Below the pieces are notes generated by a model. That model saw only the letters and a list, made by a program, of their open reading frames with translations. It was not told where the DNA came from and made no database searches. Below, piece after piece: positions 20,070-28,104 of a DNA stretch of 30,656 bases. The stretch is from Prasinococcaceae sp. CCMP 1430 (lineage: Eukaryota; Plantae; Prasinodermophyta), in NCBI GenBank assembly GCA_013416795.1, contig RQSC01000005.1, positions 232,536-263,191 of the forward strand, in the 5' to 3' direction. The stretch's first letter is position 1. Every line of letters begins with the position of its first letter. The translations under genes were made by a program, and so were the position numbers.

Positions 20070-21791
20070 TCACCGCGCCTCCCGGGCGTCGCCCGTGTGT
20101 ATTCTCCGCACGTTGGCGCCCAGGGCGTTGAGCTTCCCCTCGAAGTTGCAGTAGCCGCGATCCATGTGCTTGAGGCCGTGCACGGTCGTCACGCCCTCGG
20201 CGGCCAGCCCCGCCAGCACGAGCGCCGCGCCTGAGCGCAGGTCGCTCGCGGTGACGTCGATGCCTTGCAGCAGCGGCGCCCCCGACATCCAGCCGCCCTC
20301 GACGATGGCGGTGTCGCTCCCGATGAGCTTGATGTTGGCGCCCATGCGCTTCAGCTCGCTCACGGTGCCCATGCGCTTCTCGAAGACCGTCTCGCGCACG
20401 ATGGACGTGCCGTGGGCGTGCGCCAGCAGCGAGACGAACTGCGACTGCAGGTCCGTGGGGAAGCCCGGGTACGGCAGCGTGGTGAGGTCGGTGGGTTTGA
20501 GGGCGGCGGTGGGGATGATGCGCATGCGCTCGGGCCCGTCGAGGAGCACCTGGCACCCCATCTCCTGCAGCTTGGCGATCGCGGCCGTCAGGTGCGACGG
20601 CACGACGGGCGACAGGCTGAGCACCGAGCCCGTGATGGCGCCGGCCACGAGGAACGTCCCCGCCTCGATGCGGTCGGGGATGATGGTGAAGTCGGTCGGC
20701 CCGAGGCCGCCCGAGCCCGTCCCGCGCACGTAGATGGAGTTGGTGCCCGCCCCCTCGATCTTCGCGCCCATCGAGATGAGGAAGTGGGCGAGGTCGACCA
20801 CCTCGGGCTCCTGCGCCACGTTGGCGATGGTGGTGTCGCCCTCGGCCCCCACCGCCGCCATCAGGATCGTCTCGGTCGCGCCGACGCTCGGGTAGTCGAG
20901 GTAGATCTTCGCCCCGCGCAGCCCGCCGGCGGGGGCGACGGCGTGCACGCAGCCGTGCTCGATGCTCACCGTCGCCCCGAGCGCCCGCAGCCCGCGGATG
21001 TGCAGGTCCACCGGCCGCGCGCCGATGTCGCACCCGCCCGGCAGCGGCACCCTCGCCTCCCCCTTGCGCGCGAGCAGCGCGCCCGTGACGAAGAAGCTCG
21101 CGCGCAGCCGCTTGACGCTCTCCTCCGACGGCTCGCAGCTGGTGAGGCAGGACGCGTCGATGAGCAGCGAGCCGGGGCCGTCCGCGTCCGGGGTGACGCG
21201 GCACCCGATGGAGCGCAGCACGCTGCTCATGGACGCGATGTCGGTGAGGTCTGGGATGCGCCGCAGCATGAGCTCGCCCTTGCACAGCACGGCGCCGGCC
21301 ATCACCACCAATGCCGAGTTCTTCGCGCCGTCGATGGACACGTGGCCCGAGAGGGAGGCGAGGCCCTCCACCTCGAGCGCGTCAGCGCAGGGGGCGCCCT
21401 TGGTCACGCCGCTCTGGAATGCGAGCACGTCCTCCGCGATCATGGGGGGGGTGGATGATGGTGGCCTTCCATTGTTGTTCTCTCTGTCGGACGCGCTCGA
21501 CAGCGCGCGCGTGAGCGTGGAGGAGCGGGGTGGACGAGAGGGGTGGGCGGCGTGGGGGGTGGGCGTGGGGGTCGGGCGCGGATGATGGCGATGACGGTGT
21601 TTGCGGGAGAGGCGCGTGTCGGCCGCGGTTGTTGTCGATCGGGGGAAGAAGGCGGGGGCGGACGCCGCCTTGGGGCGGGCTCCGGGCGAGAGGAAGGTAG
21701 TCATGGGCCGTGCGCCATTCTCGGCGGGGCGCCTGGTGGAGGCGGACGCCATGGTCGCGCGCCGGGCCGCATTCGTCGCAGAGGTCGCCAT
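20070..21791 (-). CDS. murA: UDP-N-acetylglucosamine 1-carboxyvinyltransferase (MurA), cyanobacterial type, with N-terminal extension (putative plastid transit peptide)
   Basis: LSGHVSIDGAKNSAL, LRASFF, VPLPGGCDIGARPVDLH (catalytic Cys), IYLDYPSVGATETI, AQEPEVVDLA, IPDRIEAGTF, PYPGFPTDLQ, ETVFEKR, DLRSGAALVLAGL, HMDRGY. It is preceded by about 130 aa rich in Ala/Ser/Thr/Arg/Pro. ATG 21791 follows a CACAG acceptor, so upstream exons are possible and the start is uncertain. Confidence 0.93.
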   Translation of the reverse strand: MATSATNAARRATMASASTRRPAENGARPMTTFLSPGARPKAASAPAFFPRSTTTAADTRLSRKHRHRHHPRPTPTPTPHAAHPSRPPRSSTLTRALSSASDRENNNGRPPSSTPPMIAEDVLAFQSGVTKGAPCADALEVEGLASLSGHVSIDGAKNSALVVMAGAVLCKGELMLRRIPDLTDIASMSSVLRSIGCRVTPDADGPGSLLIDASCLTSCEPSEESVKRLRASFFVTGALLARKGEARVPLPGGCDIGARPVDLHIRGLRALGATVSIEHGCVHAVAPAGGLRGAKIYLDYPSVGATETILMAAVGAEGDTTIANVAQEPEVVDLAHFLISMGAKIEGAGTNSIYVRGTGSGGLGPTDFTIIPDRIEAGTFLVAGAITGSVLSLSPVVPSHLTAAIAKLQEMGCQVLLDGPERMRIIPTAALKPTDLTTLPYPGFPTDLQSQFVSLLAHAHGTSIVRETVFEKRMGTVSELKRMGANIKLIGSDTAIVEGGWMSGAPLLQGIDVTASDLRSGAALVLAGLAAEGVTTVHGLKHMDRGYCNFEGKLNALGANVRRIHTGDAREAR

Positions 21792-22644
21792 ACTGTGAGG
21801 AGCAGGAAGGTCGGGTGTTGGCAGGTGGGGTGGGGTTGGGTTGGGGGTGGAGAACCAAAAAAATCGAGCGCAGTCGGCCAGCCGGCGGCGGGGTGCGCCG
21901 TCGGCGTGGGTGGGTAAGCCCTCACTCTGCTGCGCCTGCTGCGGTGCGGAGCGAGCGGGAGGAACGGGGGGCGGTGACGCGCGGCGTCTGCCACCGGAGG
22001 AGGCGAGGTGGGAAGGGGGGTGGGGGGAAGGAGCCCGCGGCGCGGCGGCCGCAGCGGCCGCAGCGAACGCGCGAACGCGCTTCCCGAGGGGGGCGCCGCC
22101 GCGAAACGCGAGCGAGCGCCCCTGCCCAGCCTGTTCCTCCGCGCAACACCAGCGCCACCCCCGCGCCGTCCGTCCCCCCTCCGCGCTCGCCCTCCTCAGC
22201 CCCGCGCGCCCGAGGCCGCGCGACACCCGCCACACGCGGCGGTGCACGGGCGCGGGCGCGCAGGCGCAGGCGCCCGCTGCGCCCCCCGGACCTCTCCTGC
22301 GGCCTCGCAGAGGCGCGAGCGCGAGGAAAGGCCCACAAAAGTATGCGCCGGGGCGTGCGGCAAACGGCCCGCGCGGGCGAGGTCAAATCGAATCGGATCC
22401 GCGCGCAACAAACGGCGGGTTCGGTGCGTTTCGCGCGCGGTCGCTCCGGATATTTTCGCCCGCGCCGCCTGCGCCACGGTGCGCTGCGCGAGGGCGCCTA
22501 ACGGCCACTGAAAACCGAACGGCCGCGCGCGCGCGCGCGAAAACCCGCGGCCGACCAAATCGCGCGCGCAGGTCAAATCGCATCAGAGAAGGGAACTTAT
22601 TTGCAGAATAAAAACTGTAATATATGAATTATGAATTATTTATT

Positions 22645-23353
22645 TCACGGAAGAGAGAGCGACGGACGCCGCAGTTTAGCGCGCGCGCGCTGGAGGCTCC
22701 TCGCGGTGAGATTTCGCGCGCGTGCGCGTCGGTAGTTGACGCCAACGATAGCCACGCTGCCGGCGGCTTGGTGGATCTCGGCCGCCCTTTTGGTCCACGT
22801 ATCGTACCCTCCTTCTGCGGCGGTGCGCTCCGCGGGCGTAGCCTGCATCTGCATCGCTGTGTTGAGCAAGTCGAGCTAGCGGGCGACAGTAGCCTTTTCG
22901 CCCGACAGCTCTTCCGTGCATCATGGTCAAGCACCTCTACCCCTGTGTTGGCCACACGCACAGCCTGGAGCAGGAGGTCATTGTGTGTTATTTCGCTCTA
23001 CAGGCGGGCCATGATATAGTCTGTCGCTGACGCCTCCGCCTTCTCAACATCGTTCAGCGCGTGTCGCGGTAGATGCCTGCCGTGGGTCAAGACGGGTTGG
23101 GTATGGGAGTCCACATGGCCAGTGCCTCATGTGGTGGCGCTTTGTCCACCACGGGGCAGGGGACGATATACGCGGCCGCCTGTTTGGTGCAAATTGTGGA
23201 TGATGTGGTCGATGAAGTTGAATAGCTTCTCCTCGCTCTTCGGCTTCTGTGGCTCTGCAAAGACGTCCCGCGGCGAGAGCTCCTCCTCCTGCGCGTTGGG
23301 TGGAAGCTCGTCCTGCGGCCCCGCAGCGCCTGGTGCATGCATGGACACTGCAA
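22645..23353 (-). pseudogene. Possible decayed coding sequence in an AT-richer island
   Basis: Protein-like segments occur in different frames (EEELSPRDVFAEPQKPKSEEKLFNFIDHIIHNL; AYIVPCPVVDKAPPHEALAMW; LLNTAMQMQATPAERTAAEGGYDTWTKRAAEIHQAAGSVAIVGVNY), broken by stops and frameshifts. No family recognised. Confidence 0.3.
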
Positions 23354-23412
23354 AGCTTTTTGAAAGCGGTGGGGATGGTTTCCTGGGACCCTATATCTTT
23401 TTAACCCTAAAT

Positions 23413-23464
23413 GTTAGAATATCATGTTGTGGCCGTGATGACCCAGGCTCTTTGTTGGCAGCCA
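23413..23464 (+). pseudogene. Intron-less tRNA-His-like remnant
   Basis: GTTAGAATATCATGTTGTGGCCGTGATGACCCAGGCTC matches the spliced tRNA-His at 32/38. The anticodon stem TCATG/CGTGA still pairs around TTGTGGC. The T-arm is damaged, TGGCAGCCA resembles the 3' end, and the 5' acceptor strand is missing. Confidence 0.6.
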
Positions 23465-23727
23465 ACCCGAACGACCGACCCCGTTCGCATGCCTTATCCA
23501 TGAGCAGAACGTGCGCAATCGCGAACGAAGTCGCCCGTGTCTTGTATATACGTGTATTTTGATATACTATCCTGGTGACACTCATCAGTGCGCCGCCGAT
23601 TGCCTGTGCGTCGTGCGTTCCCGGCGCGCCACACAGCGCCGCCGCGCGGCGTCCGCCGCCGCTCTGGGGGCGCGGCGCGCGCGCAGCGAGAGGGGAGGGG
23701 GTGGAGGGTGCCCGGGCTTCGGAGCGG

Positions 23728-24137
23728 CGGAGCCCGGACGGCTCGCGCCTGGCGTCGGCAAGCGACGACCTAACGGTGTGCGTGTGGGACGCGTCGACCG
23801 GCGAGGCGGTGCACGTGCTCGAGGAACACGAGGATGTGGTGAGGTCGGTGTGCTGGAGCCCGGACGGCTCGCGCCTGGCGTCGGCAAGCGCGGACGAGAC
23901 GGTGCGCGTGTGGGACGCGCCGACCGGCGGGGTGCTGCAGGTCCTCGAGGGACACAAGGGAGACGTGTACCTTGCGCGCTGGAGCCCGGACGGCTCGCGC
24001 CTGGCGTCGGCGGGCGAGGACGCGACGGTGCGCGTGTGGGACGCGTCGACCGGCGAGGCGCTGCAGGTCCTCGAGGGACACGAGGATGCTGTGGACTCAG
24101 TGTGCTGGAGCCCGGACGGCGCGCGCCTGGCGTCGGC
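23728..24137 (+). CDS. Fragment with highly similar tandem 126-bp (42-aa) WD40 repeats, HET-E/NWD-like; runs into gap
   Basis: SPDG(S/A)RLAS starts at 23731, 23857, 23983 and 24109, an exact 126-nt period. The unit is WSPDGSRLASxxxDxTVRVWDxxTGxxLxVLEGHxxxVxxxx. Neither the start nor the end of the gene is visible. Confidence 0.8.
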
Positions 24138-24684
24138 NNNNNNNNNNNNNNNNNNNNNNNNNNNNNNNNNNNNNNNNNNNNNNNNNNNNNNNNNNNNNNN
24201 NNNNNNNNNNNNNNNNNNNNNNNNNNNNNNNNNNNNNNNNNNNNNNNNNNNNNNNNNNNNNNNNNNNNNNNNNNNNNNNNNNNNNNNNNNNNNNNNNNNN
24301 NNNNNNNNNNNNNNNNNNNNNNNNNNNNNNNNNNNNNNNNNNNNNNNNNNNNNNNNNNNNNNNNNNNNNNNNNNNNNNNNNNNNNNNNNNNNNNNNNNNN
24401 NNNNNNNNNNNNNNNNNNNNNNNNNNNNNNNNNNNNNNNNNNNNNNNNNNNNNNNNNNNNNNNNNNNNNNNNNNNNNNNNNNNNNNNNNNNNNNNNNNNN
24501 NNNNNNNNNNNNNNNNNNNNNNNNNNNNNNNNNNNNNNNNNNNNNNNNNNNNNNNNNNNNNNNNNNNNNNNNNNNNNNNNNNNNNNNNNNNNNNNNNNNN
24601 NNNNNNNNNNNNNNNNNNNNNNNNNNNNNNNNNNNNNNNNNNNNNNNNNNNNNNNNNNNNNNNNNNNNNNNNNNNNNNNNNNNN
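24138..24684. other. Assembly gap within or after the WD40 repeat array
   Basis: The N run begins in the middle of a repeat unit. Confidence 1.
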
Positions 24685-24727
24685 CCCCCCCCCCCGCTCC
24701 GCCCCCGCGCGCACCGACGCCGCGCAG

Positions 24728-25104
24728 AGGGACGGCCCCGCGCTCGCGCAGGGCGCCGTGCCGGCGGCCTCGCCCGGGGGGCACCCCGAGGCTCGCCTCG
24801 TCGCTCTCCGTGGAGCGGGTGCCCGTGGGGAGGGGCGGCACCACGCGCGTGATGACGGCGGTGGAGGTACGTGCGCGCGTGCGAGCCTGGCGGGAGGGAG
24901 AGCGAGCGCGCGCGAGCGCGCGCGAGCCGCCATCGCCGCAGCCTCCTCTTCGTTCGCCTCTGGTCCCGCGCGCGCGCTGTGGCCAACACCCGCCCCGCGC
25001 CGCGCACCCGGCGGAAGCGCACGCGCCGCGCCGCGCTGCAGATCCGATCGCGACGCAGTGGCGACCCGGCGCACGAAACGGAGAATTCATCAGATCAGCG
25101 GTGA
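24728..25104 (+). CDS. Putative terminal exons (24728?..24866 and 25042..25104), possibly of the WD40-repeat gene
   Basis: An intron-like (GC)n segment runs from GTACGT (24867) to CTGCAG (25041). Joining gives ...LASSLSVERVPVGRGGTTRVMTAVE|IRSRRSGDPAHETENSSDQR*. No recognisable domain. Confidence 0.3.
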
Positions 25105-25284
25105 TGACTACAAAGGGAAATGAAAATTGGCGTGCTCGACGTCATTGTTTCCAGGCGCTTGCTTGATTCAATTTTGCTTGCTTGCTCGTATCATCGTATG
25201 CTGCGTGTAGACTCGTCTACCTTGTACTGGTGCTGTGCACGGATGCATGTGTCATCACTGCGGGGGGGGTGCGCTGCGCGCGCA

Positions 25285-27031
25285 TCACGCTGTGAGCACG
25301 CTCTGTAGGGCATCGGGGGTCGGCAGACCGGCCTGCGCAGATGCCTCGCTCCACAGCTCGGCCGCCAAGTGAGCGCTGTACGTCGCCCAGCCGGAGCGCG
25401 GCTGCCTGTACACAGCAGGTGGCGCGCGCACAGCCGCCATCGTCGGCTCCGGGGCGCTCGCCCTGCCGGATGGCGCCCAGTGACGCTGGGTGGCGAGCAC
25501 GCGGGCGATGAGCGGCGCCAACACGTCAGCAGCGTCGCCGCCCAGAGCCGCTGGTCCGCGAGCGCCCATCCGCAGCGTCGAGGCATCTAGGATCGGTCGC
25601 ACTGCCTCCATGACGCGTCGGGCGGCGTGTACGGTCACGATGGACGCCGTTGCGTCAACGGGCGCTCGCTTGAGTCGCTTCGCGTCTGCCGCGCGTGGCG
25701 CTGGCCCAGGAGCCGATGGCAGATGCTCGTGGGTGTTCGTATCGGCCATCAGGTGAGGCCTCCTGAGTAGGATGGAAGACGGCAGCGCCTCTTCGCCTGT
25801 CGCGTCCGCGCGGGCCTGCCCTCCCTGAAGGACGGCGCGCTCGACAATGCCGCGTGTGAGGATTGGCAGCGGCAGCGTCGAAGCACTCAGAGCCTCCTCC
25901 GTGCGGCTGGCTTCTGCTGCGGCGGCTGCTGAGAGTTGGCCGGTACGTGCTGCTGCCATCGTGGTGTACTGGTGGTCTGGAGGGCCGGTCGTGCTGCGCG
26001 CCGCGGGTGGGGGCATCACGATGGCCGTGAGCCGCCTGCGCTTGCTGGCGATCGTATTTTCCCTCGCACCAGAGGTCGGGCCCAGCCAAGTGTGCTGCTG
26101 ATGCGACAATGCCACCATATCGCGTCTCTGTTCCAGACTGCATTCCGCAAGGAGTCCAGCGCACGCTGCGCCGAGCTCGCCGCCGCCCTCTGCGCGGGGC
26201 CTGCCATCACCGCCGAGGGCGCGCTTCTTGCGTAGCCTGGTACGCATCACGCCGGGAGTGAGCACCTCGCCATCGACGCGGTGTGTGTCCTCAGCAGAGG
26301 TGGTGGTGTCCACATCATCAGCAGAAGCTTCCCCACCTCGCGGCTCAGGCGGGGGCGCGTCCTGCTCGAGCGGCGCGCCAACAGGCGCGAGCCACGAGTG
26401 ATCGGCTTCCGCATCGAGGAGTGCGAGATCGATGCGCGCGCGCGCGCGACGCTCGGCCTTGAGGATCGGCGGCAGTGGCTGCGGTGCCGGTGTCGCCGGC
26501 GGGCCATCCGATGACGACACGGGAGCGGCGGGCTCTGCCTTGGGTGGCGCCAGCCGACACCGCTTCTCGTCGCTCGCGGCGGCGGTAGCAGCGAGCCCCG
26601 CCATGTCGGCGGGCCGCTTCTTGGCGAGCGAGAGCCTCAGCCGTGGACGCGTACGCTGGACCTGCGAGAGCGTACCAGGAGGCGTCGTCTCGCCGGCCAT
26701 CCGCGCGGCGATTCCAGCAGCACCAATTGTCGGGCGGCCCGGGCCAGGCCCTCGCGCCGCCTCTCCGCCCTGATTCACTGCCGACGTCAGCGGCGGCGTG
26801 CGGGGAGCCCCGCTGTCGCCACGGCCGCGCGCCGCGGGGCGCGACAAGCTCAGCCGCATGGTGCGTCCGCCGAAGGGGGTGGGGCGGCGCCACTGCTGAG
26901 CTCGAGAGGGAGCCACGGCTCGCAGGCGACTGACCACGCGCGAGTACATCCGGCGGTATCGGCATCAGCGCCTTCTGGTGCGTCCTTGAACGCGGCCCCG
27001 CCCGCTGCGTCGCCCGCCTCTGTGCCAACGC
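25285..27031 (-). CDS. Hypothetical low-complexity protein; 5' structure unresolved (gap, possible intron or frameshift near 26750-26950)
   Basis: A 554-codon stop-free ORF (25285-26949), rich in Ala/Pro, with a more ordered C-terminal region. An overlapping protein-like frame runs from 27031 to 26850, and a CTGAC..GCAG acceptor-like motif lies near 26775-26790. Confidence 0.5.
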
Positions 27032-27266
27032 NNNNNNNNNNNNNNNNNNNNNNNNNNNNNNNNNNNNNNNNNNNNNNNNNNNNNNNNNNNNNNNNNNNNN
27101 NNNNNNNNNNNNNNNNNNNNNNNNNNNNNNNNNNNNNNNNNNNNNNNNNNNNNNNNNNNNNNNNNNNNNNNNNNNNNNNNNNNNNNNNNNNNNNNNNNNN
27201 NNNNNNNNNNNNNNNNNNNNNNNNNNNNNNNNNNNNNNNNNNNNNNNNNNNNNNNNNNNNNNNNNN
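27032..27266. other. Assembly gap between divergent genes
   Basis: Run of N. Confidence 1.
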
Positions 27267-27971
27267 GGCGGAGGCGAGGCCGAGCGGCGCGGCGCGCTGC
27301 GCGAGGCGGCGGCGAACGCGGCGCCTTTCGTCGCCGTCGCCGAGCTGCCACTGCCGCTGCCCGCGGACTCTCGCGTCGCCCTGCGTGCCCTGCGCGCGCT
27401 GCGACTCGAGGAGCGGATCCCGGGCGCTCCGCGGGGCGCCATCGATGACGTGTACGAAGACGCGTTGGAAGTGGCCAGGGTGTGGGCGGAGGCGGTCGAG
27501 GACGCGCGAGCGCGGGGCGACGAGTGCGGCGACGGCGGCATTGACGCCTGCGTGGTGCAGGTGAAGCTGCTGACGGAGACGATGTGCCCGCGGCTGCACG
27601 TCGACCACGTCGCAGCGCGCGCCATGTGCACGATCATCGGGCGTGGCACCGAGTACGTGGACGACCCGGGCGTGCTCTCCAAGGCCGCATCATTCACGGT
27701 TGCGAGTGGCGGCAACGCGCTGGGCGACGCGCTCAAGGGCGCCGTCGAGCGCGTGGCGACGTTCCGCGAGGCCCGCGAGCGCGAGGTCGTTCTGATCAAG
27801 GGGACCGCCTGGCCTGGCGCGCGCCGGCAGGACGCCATTCTCCACCGCTCGCCCCAGGTGGACGGCGACGGCGGGGAGTTTCGGCTGGTCGTCAAGGTGG
27901 ACGAGGGGATCGCCACCGTGAGCACGGCGACGGCGGCACCGCGCGTCCGCGAGCACGAGCCAGCCGCCTGA
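27267..27971 (+). CDS. DUF1826 family protein, 5'-partial
   Basis: The frame is open from 27267. MCPRLHVDHVAARAMCTIIGRGTEYV...VVLIKGTAWPG...ILHRSP...RLVVKVD follows the DUF1826 pattern (CPRFHVD..., LLKGE.W, HRSP, RL.L.LD). TGA at 27969-27971. Confidence 0.85.
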   Translation, partial: GGGEAERRGALREAAANAAPFVAVAELPLPLPADSRVALRALRALRLEERIPGAPRGAIDDVYEDALEVARVWAEAVEDARARGDECGDGGIDACVVQVKLLTETMCPRLHVDHVAARAMCTIIGRGTEYVDDPGVLSKAASFTVASGGNALGDALKGAVERVATFREAREREVVLIKGTAWPGARRQDAILHRSPQVDGDGGEFRLVVKVDEGIATVSTATAAPRVREHEPAA

Positions 27972-28104
27972 GCGGCGGCCGCCCTCCGCCACAGCCGCGC
28001 GCTGGCTGGTGCTCCGGCGCGCGTCGACGCCTCGTCGAAGCAACTTGTAAGATGTGTACACTCAGCCGCAGCGCGAGGCCCCGCTCCCGCGCGCGCGCCG
28101 CCGC

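Noticed and set aside
20070-21791. Bacterial contamination suggested by murA, DUF1826 and DHQS-II
   Set aside because: They are interleaved with intron-containing eukaryotic genes, share their GC content, have N-terminal extensions and show no operon structure; DHQS-II itself has a spliceosomal intron.
23728-24137. CRISPR-like array
   Set aside because: The 126-bp units are in-frame WD40 coding repeats without unique spacers, in a eukaryotic context.
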